A stretch of DNA of 64,000 nt, taken from NCBI GenBank assembly GCA_021776095.1, contig JAJFGO010000092.1, positions 3,188 to 67,187 on the forward strand, written 5' to 3'. Source of the DNA: Kiloniellaceae bacterium. GTDB taxonomy: Bacteria > Pseudomonadota > Alphaproteobacteria > Kiloniellales > J153. Position 1 is the first letter of the stretch. Every line of letters starts with the position of its first letter. Below, one piece after another: positions 44,349-52,959 of the stretch. A model generated the notes under the pieces. That model ran no database searches. It saw only the letters and a list, made by a program, of their open reading frames with translations, and had not been told where the DNA came from. A program made the position numbers and the translations under genes.

Positions 44349-44927
44349 ATGACCGACAAACCCATCAGCCGCTATCCGGTGCCGGAGATTTCCGAGCTTC
44401 CCAACGATATTCAGGGCCGAATTCTCGCGGTGCAGGAGAAGGCGGGTTTCGTGCCCAACGTCTTTCTGACGCTCGCCCATCGCCCGGACGAGTTCCGCGC
44501 GTTCTTCGCCTATCACGACGCCTTGATGGAGCGCGACAGCGGCCTGACCAAGGCGGAACGGGAGATGATCGTCGTCGCCACCTCCAACGAGAACGGCTGT
44601 CAATACTGCGTCGTCGCCCACGGCGCCATTCTGCGCATCCGCGCCAAGAACCCGCTGATCGCCGACCAGGTGGCGGTCAACCACCGCAAGGCCGACATCA
44701 CCGCGCGTCAGGGTGCGATGCTGGATTTCGCCCTGAAGGTTTCGAAGGACGCGCAATCGATTTGCGACGCCGATTTCGAAACCCTGCGCGGCCACGACTT
44801 CACCGACGAGGATATCTGGGACATCGCCGGTATCTCGGCCTTCTTCGGGCTCAGCAACAGGATGGCCAACTTCCTGTCCATGCGGCCCAACGACGAATTC
44901 TATACCATGGGCCGCGACGCGGGGTGA
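44349..44927 (+). CDS. AhpD-like / carboxymuconolactone decarboxylase family peroxidase-related protein
   Basis: CQYCVVAH (CxxC..H) motif in a CMD fold, with an LSNRMANF tail typical of the uncharacterised peroxidase-related subfamily. ATG 44349 has an SD (aggaga). The track start at 44277 is an extension. Confidence 0.75.
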   Translation: MTDKPISRYPVPEISELPNDIQGRILAVQEKAGFVPNVFLTLAHRPDEFRAFFAYHDALMERDSGLTKAEREMIVVATSNENGCQYCVVAHGAILRIRAKNPLIADQVAVNHRKADITARQGAMLDFALKVSKDAQSICDADFETLRGHDFTDEDIWDIAGISAFFGLSNRMANFLSMRPNDEFYTMGRDAG

Positions 44928-45143
44928 GCCTGTAGGCGCGTGTTGTAATCCGCAAATCGGCTGACTGTCGTCGTACCTCGGCCGATGACAAACGCTGTAC
45001 CCCAGAAAACAGCCGTTCCCCGAGCAGACTCGCGACAGGGAAAGATGACCCAACTCGGACATGGCTAACTGCCCTCCCATAGACACCTGCTGCCACCATC
45101 CGTAGAGTAAGCCGCAGCGTGTGTCGCAAAGGGGGATATTCCG

Positions 45144-47399
45144 GTGGCACCGAAGCGCGAAGAACGAAGGCTTGCGGCGATCCTGGCCGGTGACATGGTG
45201 GGTTACTCGCGGCTCATGGAAGCCGACGAACGGAGCACGATCAAGCGCCAAAAAGCCCATCGACAGGAGCTATTCGACCCCGAGATCGCCGCGCACAATG
45301 GGCGTCTCGTCAAGACCACGGGTGATGGCTTGCTGGTGGAATTTGCCAGCGTAGTCGATGCGACCGAGTGCGCCGTCGCGATTCAGCGGGCGATGGCGGA
45401 GCGCGAAGCGGAAGTTCCCGAAGAGCACCGTATCCAGTACCGTATTGGCATCAACACGGGCGATATTGTCGTCGACGGCGACGATATCCTAGGCGATGGG
45501 GTTAACGTGGCGGCGCGCCTCGAAGGCTTGGCCGAACCCGGCGGCATTTGCATTCCCCTCAAGGTCGTCCACGAGGTCCGCAACAAACTCGACGTGGGTT
45601 ACGCGTTCATCGGCGAACAGACGGTCAAGAACATAAAGGCCCCGATCCCGGCTTACCGTGTCCTGCTGGAGCCGTCTGCGGCGGGGCAAATCATCGGCGA
45701 GAAACGACCGAACCGACCGCTATTGCGGTGGTGCGCGGTTGCGGCCGCCAGCCTTGCCGCGGCGGCGATTGCCGTCACGGCAGTCTGGTGGCAGCCCTGG
45801 GTTGAGCGGGTCGAGCCTGCCTCGGTCGAGCGCATGGCCTTCCCGCTCCCCGACAAGCCGTCGATCGCCGTCCTCCCCTTCATCAACATGTCGGGCGATG
45901 CCGATCAGGAATATTTTACCGACGGCATGACCGAGGACATCATCACCGATCTCTCCAAGGTCTCTGGCCTCTTCGTCATCGCCCGCAACTCGTCCTTCTC
46001 CTACAAGGGTCAGCAGGTGAAGGTGCGCCAAGCGGCCGAGGAGCTAGGCGTACGCTACATCTTGGAGGGCAGCGTCAGGCGCGCCGGCGACCAGGTGCGC
46101 ATCAACGCCCAGCTAATCGACGCGACCACTGGCGGCCACCTTTGGGCCGAGCGCTACGACGGCACCATGACCGACGTATTCGAGTTGCAGGACCGTGTGA
46201 CCGCGCAGATCGTCGCCTCGCTATCGGTGACGCTCAATAGCAGCGAACGGGCGCTCGCCGAACAGTCGGAAACATCTGTGCCCGAAGCCTACGACGCCTT
46301 CCTCGCCGGATGGCGCCATTTCCGTCTCCGCAATGTGGAGGACTACCGAAAGGCGCTTACCTGGCTGGAAAAGGCCGTCGATCTCGACCCCGACTACGGT
46401 CGCGCTTGGGCGCTGATGGCTTTGCTCTATCATGAGGCTTGGGAACGGCAGTGGACCTATCGACTGGGCATTAGCACCGAAAAGATACCGGAGCTGTTGG
46501 ACAAAGCTCTGCAACGGCCGACGCCGCTCGCCCACCGGGTCAAGGCCGAGCGGCTGATGTCACAAGGGCGATTGGACGACGCCGAGATCTGGCTCGACAA
46601 GGCGAGCACGCTCGACCCGAACGATCCCGAAACTTTCGTCCTGAGATCGACGTTGGTCGACATTCGAGGCGACACGGATACGGCTATCGCCTTGGTGAAG
46701 ACCGCCATGCGGCTCGATCCTCATTATCCGGCATTCTACCTCACTCGCCTAGGCGCGCTTTATTTGCGGGCCGGCGATGCGGCCAAGGCGCTCGAGTTCT
46801 TCGAGCGGGCCCGGAAGCGGAACCCCGGAGATTGGTCGGATTTGGTATATCTGACGGTGGCTTACGCCGAAGCTGGCCGTTTGGAAGACGCTGAGCGAGC
46901 AGCGAAGACCCTCGTCGAACGTCGCCGGGAGCTCGGCTTTCTCGTCACGCTAGCTGGAAGCTTCGACATCTGGTGGGGCATCGGAAGTACTTTTCGAGAG
47001 AGGATACATCAGGCTCTTCTGAAGGCGGGGCTTTCGGACAGGCCGAAGCCTGAGGATTTGAACCTTTTGCCGAAAAATCGCCTTTCCGGGGCGGAATTGA
47101 GTGAGGCTTTGAAGTCCGGCTATCGCCACAAAGGGCGAGTGTCGGGCGGTGTATGGATGCGGGATATGTACCCCGACGGCACCGGCGTACACTATTCGAA
47201 CGGTCATCAAACCTCCACGACAACATCCAAGATCGAAGGCGATATGGAGTATACCGAGCGGTCCAATGGGCGCAAAACGCGTTGCACCTTCTATCGCAAC
47301 CCCGAGGGGACAAAGGAAAACCTGAACGAGTTCATCTCCGTCTGCGCCCACGGCATCTATCCTTACGCGCGCTTTCCTCTGCCCGAGACGACACAGTAG
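45144..47399 (+). CDS. class III adenylate/guanylate cyclase domain protein with TM segment, TolB-N-like region and TPR repeats
   Basis: Cyclase catalytic motifs are ILAGDMVGYS, TTGDGLLVEF, GINTGDIVV and GDGVNVAARLEG. A TM follows (CAVAAASLAAAAIAVTAVWW), then the PFINMSGDADQEYFTDGMTEDIITDLSK module and TPR-like repeats. The last ~110 aa are unrecognised. GTG start. Confidence 0.85.
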   Translation: MAPKREERRLAAILAGDMVGYSRLMEADERSTIKRQKAHRQELFDPEIAAHNGRLVKTTGDGLLVEFASVVDATECAVAIQRAMAEREAEVPEEHRIQYRIGINTGDIVVDGDDILGDGVNVAARLEGLAEPGGICIPLKVVHEVRNKLDVGYAFIGEQTVKNIKAPIPAYRVLLEPSAAGQIIGEKRPNRPLLRWCAVAAASLAAAAIAVTAVWWQPWVERVEPASVERMAFPLPDKPSIAVLPFINMSGDADQEYFTDGMTEDIITDLSKVSGLFVIARNSSFSYKGQQVKVRQAAEELGVRYILEGSVRRAGDQVRINAQLIDATTGGHLWAERYDGTMTDVFELQDRVTAQIVASLSVTLNSSERALAEQSETSVPEAYDAFLAGWRHFRLRNVEDYRKALTWLEKAVDLDPDYGRAWALMALLYHEAWERQWTYRLGISTEKIPELLDKALQRPTPLAHRVKAERLMSQGRLDDAEIWLDKASTLDPNDPETFVLRSTLVDIRGDTDTAIALVKTAMRLDPHYPAFYLTRLGALYLRAGDAAKALEFFERARKRNPGDWSDLVYLTVAYAEAGRLEDAERAAKTLVERRRELGFLVTLAGSFDIWWGIGSTFRERIHQALLKAGLSDRPKPEDLNLLPKNRLSGAELSEALKSGYRHKGRVSGGVWMRDMYPDGTGVHYSNGHQTSTTTSKIEGDMEYTERSNGRKTRCTFYRNPEGTKENLNEFISVCAHGIYPYARFPLPETTQ

Positions 47400-47577
47400 G
47401 CTGTCGATCTCACGGCCGTGAGAAATTTCATAACGATTTAGCGACATATGCCGTCTGAGACTCATAGGTCCGTTGTTGGCACAATACGGAAGGCTTGGAT
47501 GCGCATTATCACGGTTGCTATGTGCTCAAGAGTGAACGGTTGTGCCGTGATGCAGAACTCAGTCTTGCGCCCGCGCC

Positions 47578-49635
47578 CTACCCCGGAAACTCCCGCTCGA
47601 ATGGCACCCCATCGCCCGGCGTCTCGCCCAGCAGGCGCGCGTATTTGTGGCCGGCATAGACGGCGGCGGCGATAGTGGCGGGGGCCAGGGCGTCGCCGAT
47701 GGCCTGCACGCTTTCGATGCCGGCGTCCTTTAGGGCCTCGGGCATGGCGTTCAATGAGCGCGCGAGGTCGTCGTTCGGCAGGCGGGCGGTCACCGTGACC
47801 AGGGACGCACAAGGAACCTCTTCGCGCGCATCGGTGTAGACGCAGGCGAGTTCGGCGCGGTCCCCATGCAGGGCGGCGAGGCGCTTGTTGGCGGCGATGA
47901 CGATTCCGGCCTCGAGCAGGCGCTTCTGGATGTGCCCGAGTTCGAGGGTGTTGTCGGTCCAGGCGGAGGCGGAGGGCGCCGGCGTGACCACGGTCACCGC
48001 GCGGCCCTCGGCGCGCAGCTTTTCCGCCAGGACGCCGCCCATGTAGTAGTGATCGTCATCGTAGACCACGATCGGCCCCTCGGGCACGGCGCCGGCCAGG
48101 ATGTCGTCGGGGGTCAAGACCTTCGCGCCGTCGAGGCCCGGCACTGCTTGCCAGTTCTTGCGCCCCACCCCGTCGCGGCGCCAAGTGCACCCCGTGGCGA
48201 TCACCACATGCTTGGCGCCGAATTCCAGAACATGCTCGGCGGTCAGGCGGCTGTCGCGATAGATTTGGACGTTGGTCATCTTGTCGAGCTGCTGAACCCG
48301 GTAGTCGCGCACCCGGATCCAGGCGGCCAGGCCCGGCAGGCGAGCCTCGCGCGCGACCCGGCCGCCCAGGTCCTCGCCGGCCTCGGCCAGGTGGACCTCG
48401 TAACCGCACTGGCCCAGGGCACGCGCCGCTTCCAGGCCGGCCGGCCCGGCCCCCACGACCAACACGCTGGCGCCGGCGCCTTTGGCCGGAATCTCCTCCG
48501 GATGCCAACCCTTGCGCCATTCCTCGCCCGAGGTCGGGTTCTGGGTGCAGCGGATCGGCGAGGCGACCTGGTCGCCGCTGACGCAAATGTTGCAGCCGAT
48601 GCATTCGCGGATGTCGTCCAGGCGGCCGTCTTCGATCTTTTTGGGCAGAAAGGGGTCGGCGATCGAGGGCCGCGCCGCGCCGATCATATCGAGCACGCCG
48701 CGCTTGATTTGCGACACCATGGTGTCGGGCGAGGTAAAGCGCCCCACGCCGACCACCGGCTTGCTGGTCACCTGCTTGACGAAGGCGGTGAAGGGCTCCT
48801 GCCCGCCCTCGGGCCCGAAGCGCGAGGTCAGGGAATCGTTATCCCAATCGCTGACGTTGACGTCCCAAAGGTCGGGCAATTCAGCCAGCATCTCGATGAC
48901 GTCGCGGCCTTCGTTTTCGCTGGCGATGCCGTCGTCGCCCATCAACTCGTCGACCGCGATACGCACCGCCACGGCGCAGGTCTCGCCGACCTCCTCCTTG
49001 GTATCCTCGATCACCTCGCGCAGCAGGCGGGCGCGGTTTTCCAAGCTGCCGCCGTAATCGTCGGCGCGGTCGTTGCGGCGGCGCTGCAGGAAATGCATGG
49101 GCAGTGACAAGTCGTGCCCGGCATAGACATAGACGATATCGAAGCCGGCGGTCTTGGCGCGCCGGGCGGCGGCGCGGTGCCATTGGCGATAGGCGCGAAT
49201 GTCCGCCAGATCCATGGCGCGCGCCTGGACCGGGTCCCATTTCGCCCCGGCCGGCTGGTGCGAGGGACCGATCGGCACCTCCCGGCTATACCGATTGGCG
49301 CAGGACGGCCCGTTGTGGACCAGCTCGATGGCGGCCAGGGACCCGAACGTGTGAACCGCCTCGGCCATGAGGGCGAGCGCCGGGATGTCCTTGTCGTCCC
49401 ACAGCCGCGCCTCGATCGCCGGGGTCACGTCGCCGCTCGGGTGGATTTCGCATTCCTGGGTGCAGATCACGGCCCAGCCGCCCTCGGCCTTGACCGCGCG
49501 CGAGGCGGCCTCCGCCTTGGGCCGGCGATAGCCCATGCCGTCGCAGTGCGGCACCTGATAAAAGCGGTTGCGCGCCGTGACCGGACCGATCGGCACGGGC
49601 TCGAACAAGATGTCGTAACGGGGGTCGCGTGTCAT
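47578..49635 (-). CDS. trimethylamine/dimethylamine/histamine dehydrogenase-family FMN + 4Fe-4S flavoprotein (OYE-like N-domain + ADP-binding domains)
   Basis: Collinear with TMADH as I recall it: DILFEPVPIGP.T.RNRFYQVPHC (Cys equivalent to the 6-S-cysteinyl-FMN site), DIVYVYAGH, YGGSLENRAR, ARPSIADPFLP, CIGCNICVSGDQVASPIRC (4Fe-4S), VLVVGAGPAGLEAA. ATG 49635 is preferred. The track start at 49737 reads into repeat copy C. Confidence 0.85.
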   Translation of the reverse strand: MTRDPRYDILFEPVPIGPVTARNRFYQVPHCDGMGYRRPKAEAASRAVKAEGGWAVICTQECEIHPSGDVTPAIEARLWDDKDIPALALMAEAVHTFGSLAAIELVHNGPSCANRYSREVPIGPSHQPAGAKWDPVQARAMDLADIRAYRQWHRAAARRAKTAGFDIVYVYAGHDLSLPMHFLQRRRNDRADDYGGSLENRARLLREVIEDTKEEVGETCAVAVRIAVDELMGDDGIASENEGRDVIEMLAELPDLWDVNVSDWDNDSLTSRFGPEGGQEPFTAFVKQVTSKPVVGVGRFTSPDTMVSQIKRGVLDMIGAARPSIADPFLPKKIEDGRLDDIRECIGCNICVSGDQVASPIRCTQNPTSGEEWRKGWHPEEIPAKGAGASVLVVGAGPAGLEAARALGQCGYEVHLAEAGEDLGGRVAREARLPGLAAWIRVRDYRVQQLDKMTNVQIYRDSRLTAEHVLEFGAKHVVIATGCTWRRDGVGRKNWQAVPGLDGAKVLTPDDILAGAVPEGPIVVYDDDHYYMGGVLAEKLRAEGRAVTVVTPAPSASAWTDNTLELGHIQKRLLEAGIVIAANKRLAALHGDRAELACVYTDAREEVPCASLVTVTARLPNDDLARSLNAMPEALKDAGIESVQAIGDALAPATIAAAVYAGHKYARLLGETPGDGVPFEREFPG

Positions 49636-49695
49636 GGGGGTCTCTCGTTTGCCAACCTTGAATTCGTAGGCCTCCGCGAAAGCCGGGGCCCCGCG

Positions 49696-49774
49696 CCCTC
49701 GTCCTTCGACAAGCTCAGGATGAGGACGCATGTTCAAGGGATTATCCTCACCCTGAGCTTGTCGAAGGGCGAGG
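49696..49774. repeat. repeat copy C (short form) of the dispersed hairpin element
   Basis: CCCTCGTCCTTCGACAAGCTCAGGATGAGG (49696-49725) and CCTCACCCTGAGCTTGTCGAAGGGCGAGG (49746-49774) are near-perfect inverted arms around a 20-nt loop. It lies in the divergent spacer between the TMADH-like and FAD-oxidase genes. Confidence 0.85.
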
Positions 49775-49866
49775 ATAATGCCGTTTCGCCGAAGTCTCCG
49801 ACGGGAGTCTGCCCGTGTGCGCCGAACTTTGCTATAGTCGTGCCAGGTTTATCGGAGGAATACCCC

Positions 49867-51255
49867 ATGGCGACAGCGCAGACGCGCCCCAAGGACCCCG
49901 TGGTCGAGGCCCTGCGCACCCTGCTGGGCGAACGCCTCTCGACGTCTTCGGCGGTGCGCGAACAACACGGCCACGACGAATCTTATCATCCGGGCCATCC
50001 GCCCGACGCGGTCGCCTTCGCGGAGTCCACCGAGGAGGTGGCCGAGATCGTCAAGATCTGCGCGCATCACGAGCGCCCGGTGATCGCCTTCGGCACCGGC
50101 ACCTCCCTGGAGGGTCACGTGGCCGCCCTGCACGGCGGTATTTCCATCGACACCAGCCGCATGAACCAGGTGATCGAGGTCAATTCCGAGGATCTGGATT
50201 GCCGGGTGGAGGCCGGGGTGACGCGCAAGCAACTCAATCAATACCTGCATGATACCGGTCTGTTCTTCCCCATTGACCCGGGCGCCGACGCCTCGCTCGG
50301 CGGGATGACCGCGACTCGGGCCTCGGGCACCAACGCGGTGCGCTACGGCACCATGCGCGAGAACGTGCTGGGCCTCACCGTGGTCATGGCCGACGGACGG
50401 ATAATCCGCACCGGCGGGCGGGCGCGAAAATCGGCGGCCGGCTACGACCTGACCCGCTTGCTGGTCGGCTCCGAGGGGACGCTCGGCGTCATCACGGAAA
50501 TTCAGCTGCGCCTTTACGGCATCCCGGAGGCCATGTCGGCGGCGGTCTGCGCCTTCGAGTCCCTGGAGGGCGCCGTCAACACCGTGATCGCGACCATCCA
50601 GATCGGCATCCCGGTGGCGCGGATCGAGTTGCTGGACGAGGTCCAGATGGACGCCATCAACCGTTACGCCAAGTTCGACTACCCGGTTCTACCGACCCTG
50701 TTTTTCGAATTTCACGGCACCGAGCGCGGGGTCGCGGAGCAGGTCGAGATGGTCGGGGAGATCGCCGGCGAATTGGGCGGTTCCGATTTCCAATGGGCCC
50801 ACAAACCGGAGGAACGGAGCAAGCTCTGGCAGGCCCGGCACGACGCCTATTACGCCAATATCGCGCTACGCCCCGGCGCCAAGGCCTGGGCATCCGACGT
50901 GTGCGTGCCGATTTCCCGCCTGGCCGACTGCATCCTGGAAACCAAGCGCGATATCGAGGAGTCGGACCTGCTCGCCCCCATCGTCGGCCATGTGGGTGAC
51001 GGCAACTTTCACCTGTCCTTCGTCATCGACCCGGACGACCCGGCGGAGATGGCCCGCGCCGAGGCGCTCAACGACCGCATGGTCATGCGCGCCCTAGCCA
51101 TGGGCGGAACCTGCACCGGCGAGCACGGCATCGGCACCGGCAAGATGAAATTCCTCCAGGCCGAACACGGCGAGGCCGTCGGGGTCATGCGCCAGATCAA
51201 GCTGGCGCTCGACCCCGGCAACATCATGAACCCGGGAAAGATCGTTCAGGTTTAG
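49867..51255 (+). CDS. FAD-linked oxidase, D-lactate dehydrogenase (cytochrome)/GlcD-like
   Basis: FAD-binding PCMH type-4 domain ([13 protein letters not shown]) and C-terminal FAD-oxidase domain ([13 protein letters not shown]). ATG 49867 ([11 protein letters not shown]) is preferred. The track ORF start at 49114 is an artefactual extension through the repeat. Confidence 0.88.
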   Translation: MATAQTRPKDPVVEALRTLLGERLSTSSAVREQHGHDESYHPGHPPDAVAFAESTEEVAEIVKICAHHERPVIAFGTGTSLEGHVAALHGGISIDTSRMNQVIEVNSEDLDCRVEAGVTRKQLNQYLHDTGLFFPIDPGADASLGGMTATRASGTNAVRYGTMRENVLGLTVVMADGRIIRTGGRARKSAAGYDLTRLLVGSEGTLGVITEIQLRLYGIPEAMSAAVCAFESLEGAVNTVIATIQIGIPVARIELLDEVQMDAINRYAKFDYPVLPTLFFEFHGTERGVAEQVEMVGEIAGELGGSDFQWAHKPEERSKLWQARHDAYYANIALRPGAKAWASDVCVPISRLADCILETKRDIEESDLLAPIVGHVGDGNFHLSFVIDPDDPAEMARAEALNDRMVMRALAMGGTCTGEHGIGTGKMKFLQAEHGEAVGVMRQIKLALDPGNIMNPGKIVQV

Positions 51256-51695
51256 GCGGCTGCGAGGTCAGAGGTGCAATGAGCGCACTTGGTTGCCTTG
51301 ATCGGCACGCTTGATAGGCAATGGGGGCAGTCCTTGGTGGCCGGCGCCGCCGCCGGCTTCTCTTCCTGGCGCTTGAGCCGGTTGATCGCGCGGATCAACA
51401 GGAAGATCGCGAAAGCGACGATCGCGAAATCCAGGACCGTATTGATAAACACGCCGACGTTGATGGTCGGCGCACCGGCTTCTTTGGCCGCAGCCAAGCT
51501 GACGTAGTCCTGGCCCGACAAGCTGATGAATAGATCGGAAAAATCCACGCTGCCCATCAAAAACCCAATGGGTGGCATGATGACGTCGGCGACCAGCGAA
51601 CTGACGATCTTGCCGAACGCCGCGCCGATAATGATACCGACCGCCATGTCGACCACATTGCCGCGCATGGCGAAATCTTTGAATTCCTTGAGCAT
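51252..51695 (-). CDS. mscL: large-conductance mechanosensitive channel MscL with C-terminal CxxC-X10-CxxC tail
   Basis: [31 protein letters not shown] is the canonical MscL TM1. SD is ggggaggg. The C-terminus is [24 protein letters not shown]. The stop overlaps the convergent FAD-oxidase stop. Confidence 0.92.
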   Translation of the reverse strand: MLKEFKDFAMRGNVVDMAVGIIIGAAFGKIVSSLVADVIMPPIGFLMGSVDFSDLFISLSGQDYVSLAAAKEAGAPTINVGVFINTVLDFAIVAFAIFLLIRAINRLKRQEEKPAAAPATKDCPHCLSSVPIKATKCAHCTSDLAAA

Positions 51696-51833
51696 GCAGC
51701 CCTCCCCCGCGATTGATCCGGCCGCTTGGTGCGGCCCCCTCGGCGCCCGCTGCCCACAGCGACGCCGGGTGTCTTTCTTGCTTACTTCCCGCGCAAATTG
51801 CAAGCCCGCCGCAAGGGCTGGGCCGGCCGCGGG

Positions 51834-52448
51834 TCAGGCGCTGGGGCGCGCCATGTCGAAGACCAGATCGACCCGGGTATAGTCCATGTAGCCGAGCCGG
51901 GCGATCGGGCGCAGCTTGGCCATGTCGACCAGGCCGCCGGTCAAGACCGCCTCGTCGATGTGGATCCCGACCACGCGGCCCAGAACCAGGGCGTTGCGCG
52001 CTTTGGGGTCGGTGCTCGGCAGGTCCACGATCTGATGCACCCGGCATTCCATGTGGATCGGCGAGGCCTTGACCCGCGGCGGTTTGACGAGGACCGAGGG
52101 GGCCTTTTCCAGATTGGCGAGCTCGAATTCGTCCGCGTCGGCACCGACCGGCGCGCTGCTGCGATTCATGGCCTCGCGCAAATCCCAGGTCGCCACATTG
52201 AATACGAACTCCCCCGTCTCGGCACAGTTCGCCAGGGAATCCTTGGTCGGGTTGGCGGCCGGCCCGTTGCTCGCGAACATCACCATGGGCGGATCCGAGG
52301 CGACGCCGTTGAAGAAGCTGTAGGGCGCCAGGTTCACCACGTTCTGGGCGCTCAAGGTCGAGATCCAGCCGATCGGCCGCGGGATCACACAGCTCTTGAA
52401 AGGATCGTGCGGCAGGCCATGCCGGTTGTCTTCGGTCTCGTAGAACAT
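51834..52448 (-). CDS. flavin reductase-like FMN-binding (split-barrel) protein
   Basis: PRPIGWISTL...NLAPYSFFN motif of the flavin reductase domain family. ATG 52448 (MFYETED) is preferred over 52511. Confidence 0.8.
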   Translation of the reverse strand: MFYETEDNRHGLPHDPFKSCVIPRPIGWISTLSAQNVVNLAPYSFFNGVASDPPMVMFASNGPAANPTKDSLANCAETGEFVFNVATWDLREAMNRSSAPVGADADEFELANLEKAPSVLVKPPRVKASPIHMECRVHQIVDLPSTDPKARNALVLGRVVGIHIDEAVLTGGLVDMAKLRPIARLGYMDYTRVDLVFDMARPSA

Positions 52449-52586
52449 CGCAAAAATCCTGGTCGGGGTTTTCAAATGCCCGCCGGATATCGTCTGTGGC
52501 GGATTGCCCACATGGGGCGTTGAGGAGCCTGGGCCATGATCGCGCCAGAGCCATGATCCAATGCGCCGGACGGCAGCGGGCTACGC

Positions 52587-52808
52587 TTAGTCCGCCTTGG
52601 GGTCGCTGGTTTCTATCTTGGTACTGCCCGCTGGCCCGCACGGCGCAGTTTCGCCGAACTGGAGCTCCGGGCCGCCGCCCCTCGGGCTCGATTTCGCCGG
52701 GCGCGGCGCGGCGCCCTCGGGGTTGCGGCGATTGCCCACACCCTGCGGCCGAGAGGCCTTGCGCCTCCGCCGCTTGCGGTAAACCTCGAGATCGACGATC
52801 TCGCCCAT
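52587..52808 (-). CDS. small basic hypothetical protein (73 aa)
   Basis: MGEIVDLEVYRKRRRRKA... The N-terminal motif is reminiscent of small conserved alphaproteobacterial ORFs, but the rest is low-complexity Pro/Gly/Arg. It could be spurious. Confidence 0.3.
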   Translation of the reverse strand: MGEIVDLEVYRKRRRRKASRPQGVGNRRNPEGAAPRPAKSSPRGGGPELQFGETAPCGPAGSTKIETSDPKAD

Positions 52809-52959
52809 TTAATTCCGCATCCTGGTCTGCGGGCGTCGCGTAGTATTTGCCCGTTCATCACAGTTTCATTAGCTTAGCCGAAACCCAGCCGGGTGCAATG
52901 GCCAGTTAAACACGGCGGCACAAAAACCAATATCTTGCTGGCCGCATAAGGGAATCGAA

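Noticed and set aside
47409-47422. CTCAC-ggcc-GTGAG hairpin after the cyclase gene as a terminator
   Set aside because: The stem is 5 bp with no proper U-tract, which is insufficient to call.
49636-49737. N-terminal extension MNMRPHPELVEGRGRG... of the TMADH-like ORF, and the 251-codon upstream extension (49114-49866) of the FAD-oxidase ORF
   Set aside because: Both extensions read through hairpin repeat copy C or antisense to the neighbouring gene. Family homology starts at ATG 49635 and ATG 49867 respectively.
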